From positions 1 through 59,966 of the forward strand of contig DAOUIX010000186.1 in the NCBI GenBank assembly GCA_034423235.1: a DNA stretch of 59,966 bases, in the 5' to 3' direction. Made by a program: the position numbers and the translations under genes. This document shows, in pieces, positions 48,269 to 58,006 of the stretch (position 1 is the stretch's first letter; each line of letters begins with the position of its first letter). The notes beneath the pieces are model-generated. The model ran no database searches, had not been told where the DNA came from, and worked only from the letters and a program-made list of their open reading frames with translations. Origin of the DNA: Chloroflexota bacterium. Lineage in GTDB: Bacteria; Chloroflexota; UBA11872.

Positions 48269-49434
48269 CCGCCTCCGGTGCGCCGGAACGTCAGGCAGGT
48301 AATGTCGTCCGACGCCGGATTGTCCCCGACGAAATCGGCCACGGCTTGAAAGACCACCCGGTTAGCCGCTTCGGCGCTTTCGCCGGAATCGGCCGCCAGG
48401 GCCGCGCGCAGCCGCCCCAGGCCGAACTCCTGCTCGTCACTGGTCATGGCTTCGCTCACGCCGTCGGTGTAGAGCACGATGGTTTCGCCCGGCTCCAACG
48501 TCACGCTGTTCTGCCGGTACTCCAGGTCAGGCAACAAACCCAGCGCAATGCCGCCGGTCAGCGGGAGGGACGTGGAACTGCCGTCCGGTTGGACCAGCAG
48601 CGGCGGGTCGTGCCCACCGCTGGCGTAGACGAATTCGCCGGTTTCCGGGTTGTACTCCGCGTAGAGCACGGTCACGAACATCTCGGTCTCGTTGTCTTCG
48701 TAGAGGAGGTTGTTGACTTCGCGCAGCACGTCGCCGGGCCCGGCCGATCCAATCGCCGCGCCCTTGATCAGGGTGCGCGTGGACATCATGAACAGCGCGG
48801 CGGGCACGCCTTTGTCGGACACATCCGCGACCGTCATGCCGATGCGATCGTTCTCCAGGGCCACGACGTCGAAGAAATCTCCGCCCACGCTCCGCGCCGG
48901 TTCCATGTGCGCGAACATCTGGTAGACCGGGCTCTCCGGGAAGTGCGTGGGCAGAATTGACTGCTGCATCTTGCTGGCCACGGTCAGCTCGTTCTGCAGG
49001 GCCACCAGCTGGTCACGCGAAGCCAGCGCCTCGCGCCACTCCATCAGGTGTTGCAGCGTGCGGTCGATCGTCACTCGCAGGTCCCTGAAGTCAATGGGTT
49101 TGGTGACGAAGTCAAAGGCCCCGCGGTTCATCGCAGTCCGGATGTTCTCCATGTCGCCGTAGGCGGAAACAATGATGGAGCGAATGTTGGGGTCGACCTT
49201 GGGAATCTGCTGAAGCAGTGTCAGCCCGTCCATCTCCGGCATGTTGATGTCCGAGACCACCATGTCGATGTCGTCTTCTTCGTGCAGCCGGTCCAGGGCT
49301 TGAACGCCGTTGCGGGCAAAGACAAAGGTGTACTGACCGCGCCGGATATTGCGCCGCATGCGTTGCAACATCAGCGGCTCGAGGTCCGGCTCGTCGTCTA
49401 CGACCAAAATCTTGTAGGGGGGTTTGACTACCAC
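48265..49434 (-). CDS. REC-PP2C (SpoIIE/RsbU-like) phosphatase
   Basis: REC (VVDDE, SDINMP, KP); VGGDFFD, VADVSDKG, LYTDGVSE, DDIT. Confidence 0.93.
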   Translation of the reverse strand: MVVKPPYKILVVDDEPDLEPLMLQRMRRNIRRGQYTFVFARNGVQALDRLHEEDDIDMVVSDINMPEMDGLTLLQQIPKVDPNIRSIIVSAYGDMENIRTAMNRGAFDFVTKPIDFRDLRVTIDRTLQHLMEWREALASRDQLVALQNELTVASKMQQSILPTHFPESPVYQMFAHMEPARSVGGDFFDVVALENDRIGMTVADVSDKGVPAALFMMSTRTLIKGAAIGSAGPGDVLREVNNLLYEDNETEMFVTVLYAEYNPETGEFVYASGGHDPPLLVQPDGSSTSLPLTGGIALGLLPDLEYRQNSVTLEPGETIVLYTDGVSEAMTSDEQEFGLGRLRAALAADSGESAEAANRVVFQAVADFVGDNPASDDITCLTFRRTGGG

Positions 49435-49500
49435 GATTTCACTCCTGGTATTGCCGTGCGGTGTCCCGGGCGGAGAAGCCCCCCTGGGGGCGAGCGGAGT

Positions 49501-50394
49501 TCAGTTTGTACATGCGGCCAGCGCCTCGGCCTGGGTCTCACATACCGGAATGATCTGATCGAAGCCGCTGACGTTGAAGACCCGGCGAACCTCATCGGTG
49601 ACCGAGCAAATGCCTAACTCGGCCCCTTGCTGTCGCAGCGATTTGGCCACACCCAGCACCACGCGGAGCCCTGCGCTGCTGATGTAGTCGAGCCGCCGGA
49701 AATCAAGAACCATCACCTGTTCGCAAGCCTTGCTCACGACCATGAGGGCCGTTTCGAACCGATGGACGGTGCTGGCGTCGACGCGTCCTTCCGCGGCTAC
49801 CATCACGTTTCCGTCCGGTGTCGCACTCAGCACGGCGAGCTTGACTCGACCTCCGGCCGGCTGCGCGCGCCCCTCCGCATCATCGGCATACAGGCCATCG
49901 GGCTCCATGTGGATCAACACAGGAGACCCAGCGTCCGCGGCGATCGACGCCGACTCCCCGTCGGCCGAATCATCGATATGCGCCGCCCGGCGCATGAGCG
50001 ATCGATGCTCCAGGGCTCGCTCAATTGTGGCGCGGAGATCCGTGAAATCGATGGGCTTGGTCACGAAATCAAACGCCCCTCGGTTCATGGCCGACCGGAT
50101 GTTGTCAATGTCCCCGTACGCCGTGACGATCACCGATCGAATGTCAGGGTCCACGTCCGGAATCTGCTGGAGCAAGGTCAGCCCATCCATTTCCGGCATA
50201 TTGATATCCGAGAGCACGATGTCGATATCGTTCTCACGCAGGCGCTCCAGCGCCTCCACGCCGTTGCGGGCAAAGACAAACTCGAACTGCCCCTTGCGGA
50301 TAGCGCGACGCATCCGTTGCCGCATCAGCACTTCGAGGTCGGCCTCGTCGTCGACGACCAGGATCTTCGCGGGGGGCTCAGCCGACACGGTCAC
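49501..50394 (-). CDS. REC-STAS fusion anti-sigma antagonist
   Basis: N-terminal REC; C-terminal GRVD...[11 protein letters not shown]. Confidence 0.9.
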   Translation of the reverse strand: MTVSAEPPAKILVVDDEADLEVLMRQRMRRAIRKGQFEFVFARNGVEALERLRENDIDIVLSDINMPEMDGLTLLQQIPDVDPDIRSVIVTAYGDIDNIRSAMNRGAFDFVTKPIDFTDLRATIERALEHRSLMRRAAHIDDSADGESASIAADAGSPVLIHMEPDGLYADDAEGRAQPAGGRVKLAVLSATPDGNVMVAAEGRVDASTVHRFETALMVVSKACEQVMVLDFRRLDYISSAGLRVVLGVAKSLRQQGAELGICSVTDEVRRVFNVSGFDQIIPVCETQAEALAACTN

Positions 50395-50455
50395 GCCGGC
50401 CGGCTCCTACGATCCGCCCGCTGGCTGCGCGCCCCGACGCGCGCAGCGGACGCGG

Positions 50456-50800
50456 CTAGCGCGAACATGCCGCCAGCGCCTCGGCCTGGGTGTCGTGCAC
50501 GGGAATGATCTGATCAAAGCCGCTGACCTGAAAGACCGTGCGGAGCGAGTCCGGCACCGAGCAGACCGTCAGCGTGCCGCCTTTTCGGGTCAGGGCCTTG
50601 GTGAGTATCAGCAGAACACGCAGCGCCGCACTGCTGATGTACGTCAGCTTCTCGAGATCCAGGACCATGCCCTTGGTGCAGGCGTCGGCCACGGCATCCA
50701 GCACACGCGCGAAACGCGGGGCGCTGGCGCCGTCCACCCGACCCTCGATCGCCACAACCATCACCCCGTTCCCGGTGGCGTTCACCACATTCACGTTCAC
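50456..50800 (-). CDS. STAS anti-sigma factor antagonist
   Basis: EGRVDG...LTYISSAALRV...VSGFDQII. Confidence 0.92.
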   Translation of the reverse strand: MNVNVVNATGNGVMVVAIEGRVDGASAPRFARVLDAVADACTKGMVLDLEKLTYISSAALRVLLILTKALTRKGGTLTVCSVPDSLRTVFQVSGFDQIIPVHDTQAEALAACSR

Positions 50801-50915
50801 GCGGTCTCTAAGGTCCTGCCGACGCTCAACGGGACCTTCCGCGTGGCTGGCCTGGGGTTCCTTGCCAAGCCTCTCGCGGATCGGCCACGTCGCCGTCCGC
50901 CTCGCACGTCAGGAC

Positions 50916-51260
50916 TCAGCTCTTGCGGGCGGCGAGCGCTTCGGCCTGAGTGGCGTGAATGGGGATGATCTGGTCAAAGCCGCTAACGCTGAAGATCTCG
51001 CGGATCGGATCCGATAGCGAGCAAATCGAGAGCGTGGCATCTTTGCGCTGCAGGGACTTGGCGGCGAGCAGAATCACCCGCAGCCCGGCACTGCTGATGT
51101 AGGTGAGACGCTCCATGTCCAGGATCACGGCCTGGTCGCTGGCCTCAATCACGGCCTCCAGAGCGCTCTGAAAGTCTCGCGCGTTGGTGCCGTCCACGCG
51201 GCCGTCCGCCGTGACCACGATGGCGTTGTCGTTCCACGCCCACTCAGTGCTAACGCTCAT
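50916..51260 (-). CDS. STAS anti-sigma factor antagonist
   Basis: ATG 51260 (RBS GGAG); DGRVDG...[11 protein letters not shown]...VSGFDQII. Confidence 0.92.
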   Translation of the reverse strand: MSVSTEWAWNDNAIVVTADGRVDGTNARDFQSALEAVIEASDQAVILDMERLTYISSAGLRVILLAAKSLQRKDATLSICSLSDPIREIFSVSGFDQIIPIHATQAEALAARKS

Positions 51261-51516
51261 GGAGTTCGTCTCCTTGCCTGCTCCAGCGGTTTCCCAACCT
51301 CGGATGCCAGGTTCGCATTCTCCTCGGGCAGCACTCCGCTGGCCCATGTCGTCCAGGGTCTCAGACCACCACCACCCACGGCCTGGCGACTGCCACCACA
51401 CCCGCAACGTAATCGTCAGAGACCAACATCTCGGCCCTGAGCGTCAGCGCGACAGACATATCGGATTGGCCTTGTGCGGACGGTAAATCGCCAACACGCA
51501 ACTAGACAGAGGTAGC

Positions 51517-51714
51517 CTAGCAAATGCGAGGTGCTGGAGGTGGGTGGTGGGTCACATTGGCGAGACTCCATTCCCTGGAGCCATCCGCCGTGTTTCTGCC
51601 TCGCCCACGGAGCGAGAGTTGGGTGAGGGTCTCCGCTGCGTATGACCCGAAGTGACCCAAGACCTGGAGCTGCACCGCAACCGCATGCTTGCGCCACGCG
51701 ACCGGCGTTTGCAC
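51517..51714 (-). pseudogene. Possible transposase C-terminal remnant (IS1182/IS5-like)
   Basis: LSLRG...EWSLANVTHH loosely resembles the FxLRG..V.GEWSL...HN tail of DDE_Tnp_1_6 proteins; weak. Confidence 0.3.
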
Positions 51715-51896
51715 CCAACATGTGGGCGAAGCGCCACCTACTCTGGGTCGGGATGTCGCTCAGCACCGCGCGGCACGCAGTGGTCGGCCGTGGAGTGGCT
51801 CTCGATTTTCAGTTCAGAGCGCCGAGGCCATTCGCCTGTCGGCCCGACCCGGAGTGAAACTCGGCGCCTCAACCGTCGCCAACACCCGATGAGCAC

Positions 51897-52526
51897 ATGA
51901 CCCCAGCAATCACGTCGAGCCTCGACCGCTGTGCCAGGCTGCTGGCGGGTGGTGGTGTCGCCGCCATCCCCACCGACACACTCTACGGACTCGCGGCCAG
52001 CATCCGTGCGCCGGACGCCGTGGCCCGTGTGCTGCAGATCAAGCAACGCACGCCGGGCAGCGGCGTTCCCGTTTTGGTTGCAAGCGCGGCCCAGGCAGTT
52101 GAAATCGCCGAAATGCCGCCTGACGCCCGGCTGCTCGCGACGGCCTTCTGGCCGGGCGCCGTGACGCTGGTACTGCCAGCCCTCGCCGAGGTTGACCAAC
52201 GGCTGCTTGGCCCCAACGAAACGGTCGGCCTACGGGTGCCCGCCGCCGCCATCGTGCGTGATCTCATGCGGTTGGTGGGCGCGCCGCTGACCGGCACCAG
52301 CGCCAACGAACACAAGCAACCGCCGCCCATGACCGCGCAGGCAGCCGCCGAAGCGGTTGGCCACATGGTGGACCTCGTGCTGGACGGCGGTCCTGGCGGT
52401 GGTTCGCCCTCCACGGTCATAGACCTGACACGGGACCCGCCGCTGATCCTGCGCGCCGGCGCCGTGGACGCGTCAACCATTCAGGCCGTAGTCCCCGCCG
52501 TTCGCCCGCCCACGACTCCCGCCTGA
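51897..52526 (+). CDS. tsaC: L-threonylcarbamoyladenylate synthase (TsaC/YrdC/Sua5)
   Basis: AIPTDTLYGLAA, FWPGAVTL, VGLRVP, PLTGTSAN, PSTVIDL, ILRAG. Confidence 0.93.
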   Translation: MTPAITSSLDRCARLLAGGGVAAIPTDTLYGLAASIRAPDAVARVLQIKQRTPGSGVPVLVASAAQAVEIAEMPPDARLLATAFWPGAVTLVLPALAEVDQRLLGPNETVGLRVPAAAIVRDLMRLVGAPLTGTSANEHKQPPPMTAQAAAEAVGHMVDLVLDGGPGGGSPSTVIDLTRDPPLILRAGAVDASTIQAVVPAVRPPTTPA

Positions 52527-52936
52527 TGGGCGACACGTCGGTCGAACTGGTCGGCGACTTCGAAAGCGCCGAGGCGCGCTTCCTACGGAACCAGTTCGAC
52601 GACTGTCGGATCGAACTGGCCTCCCGCTCGTTGCTCGACCAGCGCACCGCCCTGCTGCGCTGGCAGCCCGCCGCGGACGTTCATCCGCGCGCCGTCGAAA
52701 CCACATCGCCACGCGTGACCGACCGTCGCCGCCGCCCGGCCGTCGCCTGGTACGTCTTGGGGCACCAGCCCAATCTGCACCTCACCCCCATAACCGCGAG
52801 CGCCGATTTGCGGGACCACTACCCCGGCCACTTCCCGGCCGACGCCGTCCCCGAACGGCGCGCTCGAAAGGGCTGCCTGCCCCTCGGGGGATGGCTGCTG
52901 AGCGCAGTTGGAGCGTTCGCCGTGGCTTCAGATTGA
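52526..52936 (+). CDS. Hypothetical protein with hydrophobic C-terminus
   Basis: TGATG coupling to tsaC; ends RKGCLPLGGWLLSAVGAFAV. Confidence 0.55.
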   Translation: MGDTSVELVGDFESAEARFLRNQFDDCRIELASRSLLDQRTALLRWQPAADVHPRAVETTSPRVTDRRRRPAVAWYVLGHQPNLHLTPITASADLRDHYPGHFPADAVPERRARKGCLPLGGWLLSAVGAFAVASD

Positions 52937-52989
52937 AGCCACGGCGAACGCTCCCGTCGGAAGCTCGGAGACCGCGTGTTGTCTGACGC

Positions 52990-53235
52990 CTAGCCGCGCT
53001 CTCCCGCCAGCCGGCCCTTGATCTGGCCCAGCGAGTCCGCGATAGAGGCCTGATACCGCGTCATTTCGGTGTGGTGCGTCGTCAGGCTGCGGTCGATGTT
53101 CTCCAGCAACTGCAGGGCGCGGGTCTCCGAATCGGTGCCGCGCGCCCGGCTGCGCCAGCGCACCATTTCGTTGCGCACCACGCGCGCGATGTACACCGTG
53201 ACGGCCGTGATGATGCCGATGGTTTCAGGTTCCAT
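52990..53235 (-). CDS. Small single-TM + coiled-coil protein (holin-like position and shape)
   Basis: RBS AAGGAG, ATG 53235; MEPETIGIITAVTVYIARVV...; last gene of the structural operon. Confidence 0.65.
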   Translation of the reverse strand: MEPETIGIITAVTVYIARVVRNEMVRWRSRARGTDSETRALQLLENIDRSLTTHHTEMTRYQASIADSLGQIKGRLAGERG

Positions 53236-53339
53236 TGAGACTTGCTCCTTCGGGGGATCGACAAGAGAACCGGGAATTGCGCTGGCCTCGTTGGACGAGC
53301 GGCGCTGATCGTTCCAGGCGGGCTTGTCCACGACGTGCA

Positions 53340-54392
53340 CTACACGGCTCCAATCGCCAGCCAATAGACCAGCCCGGCGTTCGTGCTGTTGAAGCTCCGG
53401 CCGTCGCAACTGGCGGCCTGCAGGGTGAATCCGTTGACGCGCAGGTTGGTGCAGCGCGCCACCACCCGGCGTCCGCCAATATCCTCGCGCGGTGTGGCCA
53501 GGGCTGCGTAGACCGTCCGAAAGGCCGTCTCGAATCCGATGTTGTGATCCGACCAGTTCTGCAACGGAACCCCCGGCACCGAGGCCACCCCCACCTCGGC
53601 CCGCCACTGGCCGCGGTCAACATGGTTGGCGGGCGAGCTGTCCTGGAAGTTCGTCAACCGCAGGACCTGATCCAGCGGGTTGGGGGTGAACGCGGGCGCC
53701 AGCGTGCCTTCGGCCAGGTGCAATCCGTCAAACCAGGCCGTGGTGTCGCCCTGCTTCAGCTTGCAGAGCGCCAGCAGTGTCGGCGCCGCACGGTCCACGG
53801 CAATCGTGGCGGTCAGCCACTCCCAGGCCGAACTGCCCGAGTGGTAGGCCGAGATGGACGTAGTCACGCCGTCGCCTAACTCAAGCCGCGCCCGGTTGGG
53901 AACGGTCGCATACACCCAGCCGCCCAGGGTGAACGTCCGTCCCCGCAGGTAGGTTAGCCCGCCTACGTCGTCGCTCAGGCTGCGGCGCAGATCGCAGTCG
54001 GCGCCGCGCCGCGTCAGGGCCGCCGCGTAGCGCCCGTGCTTGACCACCGAGGTCGAGCGCGCCGCAGCGGCGTCGTTCCCCGCCAGCGACCAGCCGTCCG
54101 GCGCCGCCGTTCCTCCGCCAGACCACGATTCGAAGTCGCCGTTCGGCAGCACGTTGTGAAACTGCTCGGCCTGGAAAGTGTCCAGGGCCAGCTTGGCGGT
54201 GGTCACCGCACCCGCGGCCAGGGCTTGCTCCGTTAACCGCGGCCCTTCGCCCGTCCGGCCACTGTGATCGTGACCGGTGGCGCCGTGGAAGCCGGCGTCA
54301 ATCAGGTCGGCGTTGTTGTTGAACACGTTGATGTCGTATCGCTCGGCGCCCAGTGGCTTGGTCAGCCGCAGGTTCGCCGTGGTGGTTGCCAT
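53340..54392 (-). CDS. Tail fibre/receptor-binding-like protein with CBM-like domain
   Basis: Phage-type N-terminus (TTANLRLTKP...YDINVFNNNADLID, GHDHSG); NVLPNGDFESW...WFDGLHL jelly-roll; RBS AGGAGG. Confidence 0.7.
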   Translation of the reverse strand: MATTTANLRLTKPLGAERYDINVFNNNADLIDAGFHGATGHDHSGRTGEGPRLTEQALAAGAVTTAKLALDTFQAEQFHNVLPNGDFESWSGGGTAAPDGWSLAGNDAAAARSTSVVKHGRYAAALTRRGADCDLRRSLSDDVGGLTYLRGRTFTLGGWVYATVPNRARLELGDGVTTSISAYHSGSSAWEWLTATIAVDRAAPTLLALCKLKQGDTTAWFDGLHLAEGTLAPAFTPNPLDQVLRLTNFQDSSPANHVDRGQWRAEVGVASVPGVPLQNWSDHNIGFETAFRTVYAALATPREDIGGRRVVARCTNLRVNGFTLQAASCDGRSFNSTNAGLVYWLAIGAV

Positions 54393-54403
54393 GCAAAAGC
54401 CTC

Positions 54404-56782
54404 CTAAAGCTTGGCGAGTTGCGTGTGCAGGTAGGCGGCCTGCTTCTCATGGGCGTAGGCCGCCAGTCGGTTGTGTGTGCCGGTGCCGGCGGTCGGCCGG
54501 TATTCCGTGGCGGTTACGGGCATCAGCCATTCCAGGTCGCGCCCGGCTTCGCTTCGCCGGGCCTGCGCTTCAGCCCCGCGCACCAGCGCCTCCACGTGCT
54601 CGCCGTCCGGGCTCACCAGCACCACCGGCTCGCGCGTGGCCGCCGCGGCGGCAATGGCCCGCTTGACCTCCCGGCCGGCCCGCCGGTCCCTCCGGCCGTC
54701 GCGCAGCGGCGCCTGGTCCGCAATCCGCACCAGGAACTCGAAGACGCGCTTGAAGTCCGCCCGGATGGCATAGGCCAGCGACGCCGCGTGGATCACCGGA
54801 GTCCTCATGGGATCGTCGCTGTGCAGCGAAAGTCGCAGGTCGATGGCCGTCGTCGCGGCTTCCGGCCCAAACTCAATCCGCTGCCCACCCGCCGCAAAGC
54901 GTCCCAGGCGTTGGAACGAAGCGCCGTCGGCCAGCCGATAGGCCGCATCGACCCAGGTCGACGCCGTCAGCCGGTCGCCGCCCAACGTCAGGGCCAGGAA
55001 TGCCTTGGGCTGCGCCGAAAACGCCGCGTCAAACCGCGAGAGGTACAACTCGGCATTGGCGGCGTAGCGGCAGTTGGGATCGTGCAACGGGTTGGCCGAA
55101 CCGCGCGGCAGCACGATGGCCGCCAGCGATCCGTCGACTCCCACATAGAGCCGGGGGTTCGGTCCTGGCCGGTCCGACACCCAGATGTGCCGGCAATCCA
55201 CCCGCCCCAGGTCGGCCAAGGGGTGCCAGGAGTCCTGCTCCTGGTTCAGCGCCAGCAGCGTGGTCCGTCCAGTCTCGTCCTGCAGGGCCGCGTAGAGGAA
55301 ATGCGCGTCGCCGGCGCAGGCCGTGACGCGACCCCGAATCAGCGAATCGTTCTCGCGCAGGCGCTCGGGACCCGACGGGGTCAGTTCGCCGGGCCGGAAC
55401 CGGTAGAGCCCCTGCGGCAACGGCAGCCACAAATAGCCGCGCCAGACCGCCGCTCCGCGACCATTGTGCGGGCCGGCGGCCCGCACCGGCTGGGACCAGA
55501 CGTGCTCCAGCACCGCGCCGCTGTCGACGCCGGAGCGCAGCGCGTAAAGGCCATCCGCCTTCACCACGAAGGCGGTACCACCCAGGCTCAGCAGCGAACT
55601 GACGCCATGCGCCCCGTCGCCCACGGGCGTGCCGTCCGTCCAGGTGGAGGCCGCCCCGCCGTCCAAGGAGACTGACAGCATCGGCCCGCCGGCCTCGCTG
55701 CTCAAGCGCACCAGGTGCGAACCGATCACCCGGAAAGCCTCGGCTTTGCGGACCTCGCGAACGGCGAGTTCATTGATGCGGGTCGATGAATCCAGCGCCG
55801 ACCCAACCGTAAGCCGCACCCAGAACGCCTCCACGCCATTGAAACGCTCGCGCTGCCAGTCCGTCGGTTCGTAAAACCGCAGGTCGCCATCGCGGGCCAA
55901 CGTCTTGCCGTCCTGCGCCGTGCCGTCGCTCAGCCCGCCGACGGTTGACCAGGCCGAGCCATTCCAGTACTCGGCCGCCAGTTCGGCCGCGTTGCCGTTC
56001 GCGGCGGCGTTCATCTCCATGGTCACGGCTGCGAACGGCGCCTTCCCGCCCACCATCAGCCAGGCGCCGTCGGTCACGGCGCCCAGCAAGTCCAGGTACC
56101 CATAGGTCCCCGGGTCGCCATCGCTGACCACAGACGTCAAATCGGCGTATGTCTGACCCTGGTCGCCGGTCCGCAGCACGGCAACCGGCGCGGCGGGCTG
56201 GCCGGCGTGCGGTGTCCAGGTACCGCCGTCGAACGTCCAGAACGCCTCGTCGGCCGACGAGCCGCCCACGGCCACAAAGGCCATCGGGCGATCCGCACGA
56301 CCCTTGAACACCGCGGCCGACAGTACCGTCACTCCAGGGTCGAACGCCTTCGCCAGGGTCCAGGTCCGGCCGTCGCGCGAGCGGTACACGGCCGACCCCG
56401 CCAGCACGTAGCTGGCATCGCCCAGTTCGAAGTGGTCGGTGATCGTTCCCGACGACGCAATCGGCGTCGTCACCACCTCGGGTGGCAGCGTCACCTGGTG
56501 CGGGATGCGCGTGTCCGCCATGCCGTGGGCATACCTGCGTGACCCGCCCCGCGGAACGATCCGCTGCCCGAAGCCGCCCGACAGATCATCGACCGCCCAC
56601 GTCGTTTCGTCCTCGGGCGGGAACTGCGCGTAGGACTGGTCGGTCTGGCTCACGCGCGGGGCAAAGAAGTCGAGCTTGCGCTCGCGCCAGGCCACGGCGC
56701 CGTCGGTCCCGTTGCTCAGCATCAGGCCCACCCCGTCCACCACGCAGTCATAGGGATAGGGTGGGCGGGTGCCACGCGGCAT
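54404..56782 (-). CDS. Large virion protein, putative tail nozzle/stabilization (beta-propeller-like) with inserted jelly-roll
   Basis: WAVDDLSGGFGQ, Asp-box-like SRDGRTW and SLDGGAASTW, W/G-rich strands; TAGATG coupling, RBS GGAGG. Confidence 0.6.
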   Translation of the reverse strand: MPRGTRPPYPYDCVVDGVGLMLSNGTDGAVAWRERKLDFFAPRVSQTDQSYAQFPPEDETTWAVDDLSGGFGQRIVPRGGSRRYAHGMADTRIPHQVTLPPEVVTTPIASSGTITDHFELGDASYVLAGSAVYRSRDGRTWTLAKAFDPGVTVLSAAVFKGRADRPMAFVAVGGSSADEAFWTFDGGTWTPHAGQPAAPVAVLRTGDQGQTYADLTSVVSDGDPGTYGYLDLLGAVTDGAWLMVGGKAPFAAVTMEMNAAANGNAAELAAEYWNGSAWSTVGGLSDGTAQDGKTLARDGDLRFYEPTDWQRERFNGVEAFWVRLTVGSALDSSTRINELAVREVRKAEAFRVIGSHLVRLSSEAGGPMLSVSLDGGAASTWTDGTPVGDGAHGVSSLLSLGGTAFVVKADGLYALRSGVDSGAVLEHVWSQPVRAAGPHNGRGAAVWRGYLWLPLPQGLYRFRPGELTPSGPERLRENDSLIRGRVTACAGDAHFLYAALQDETGRTTLLALNQEQDSWHPLADLGRVDCRHIWVSDRPGPNPRLYVGVDGSLAAIVLPRGSANPLHDPNCRYAANAELYLSRFDAAFSAQPKAFLALTLGGDRLTASTWVDAAYRLADGASFQRLGRFAAGGQRIEFGPEAATTAIDLRLSLHSDDPMRTPVIHAASLAYAIRADFKRVFEFLVRIADQAPLRDGRRDRRAGREVKRAIAAAAATREPVVLVSPDGEHVEALVRGAEAQARRSEAGRDLEWLMPVTATEYRPTAGTGTHNRLAAYAHEKQAAYLHTQLAKL

Positions 56783-58006
56783 CTAGAGACCTCCGCTCAG
56801 CATCACCCGCCGCGTGGCGCGCGGGCGGTAAAGACGCGAGAGCTGCTGGAACTCCAGTGCGGCGTCCTGTTGCAGCGCGGCATACCGCGCCACGTCGCCG
56901 GCCGGCGCGTCGCGGTGCAGGTGGCGGTACATCTCCACCAGCGCGCCCTGCGACACCCAGTCCACCGGCGCGTCGGTGGTCGCATCGTCGCTGGCCAGCG
57001 GCTCGTAGGCCCGCAGCCCTTCGACCAGCAGCGTTTCGCCCATGTTCGGCGGCGGGTCCACCTCCAGCCACAACTCGGGTCCCACAGGTCCTGGGTTGGA
57101 CGTCGTCCGCCACCAGGTGACCGCGGACATCACGCGCTGCGGGTGGGCCGCCGCCCGCCGCCAGACCTCCACCACCTGCTGGCGATGCGTGATCCAGGCC
57201 GGCAGCGGGAAGCGGCGACGCCCGGCCGCGAGCAGCATCGCCTGATCCCAGCGGGTCGTCGCCTCCGCGTCCGCGCTCCCCAACCGAACCTCGATTTCCT
57301 CACACCCGTCGGGGATGACGAACATGAGGCGCACCGGCCGCCAGGCGTGGCCCGTCGCCGTGACCTCGTCCAGGTCGACGCCGCGGGTCAGGTTGTGCAC
57401 CGCCAGCCGCGCTATGGATCCGTCCGGCGCCACCGACGCTTCCAGGGTGTACGCCTGGCCCGGTAACACGGACAGGCTGGTCGAGGCCGCGTAGCCGCCC
57501 GCCGCCGTGGTGGTCACCGCCAGACTGGCCGACCCGCCGGCCGCGTCCGCGCCGGCGGCGACTTTGGCCACGCTGGCATTTCGGGGGCGCCAGGCCTGGG
57601 TGCCCCGGTCTTCCATCGCGCCGTCGGCCAGCGCCGTCAGCGGCGTCAGCGCCTGGAACCAGCAGCGCGTGAGCGTGGCGTCGATAGCCGCGTTGATCAC
57701 GTCCGGCGCCACCAGGCGCGAGAGTTCGTAGGACGAGGCCGCGTCCACCGCGTGAGGAAACGCCCGGCTCACCGTGATCGACCCCGTCGCCGGGTCATAG
57801 GCCGCCACGCGGCGCGTCTCGCCGGCGTTGGGGCCGCCGAATACGTGGACCCAGCTATCGGTCCATAAGTCGGCCGACGCCGTGGACTCCTGGAGGCGCG
57901 CCGCGTCCACCAGTGTCACGGAGGACCCGCCCTCCGCCGTGCCCGTCAGGAATGGCGCCAGCCGCTGCGCGACCCGATGGCGCAGCGCGCGCCGGGTCAC
58001 GCTCAC
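56783..58006 (-). CDS. Putative head-tail adaptor/tail tubular protein with CBM-like insert
   Basis: GTG 58006 (GTGA overlap, RBS GGAGG); N-terminal helix RRALRHRVAQRL, DVINAAID, C-terminal helical region; position between capsid and nozzle-like gene. Confidence 0.6.
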   Translation of the reverse strand: MSVTRRALRHRVAQRLAPFLTGTAEGGSSVTLVDAARLQESTASADLWTDSWVHVFGGPNAGETRRVAAYDPATGSITVSRAFPHAVDAASSYELSRLVAPDVINAAIDATLTRCWFQALTPLTALADGAMEDRGTQAWRPRNASVAKVAAGADAAGGSASLAVTTTAAGGYAASTSLSVLPGQAYTLEASVAPDGSIARLAVHNLTRGVDLDEVTATGHAWRPVRLMFVIPDGCEEIEVRLGSADAEATTRWDQAMLLAAGRRRFPLPAWITHRQQVVEVWRRAAAHPQRVMSAVTWWRTTSNPGPVGPELWLEVDPPPNMGETLLVEGLRAYEPLASDDATTDAPVDWVSQGALVEMYRHLHRDAPAGDVARYAALQQDAALEFQQLSRLYRPRATRRVMLSGGL

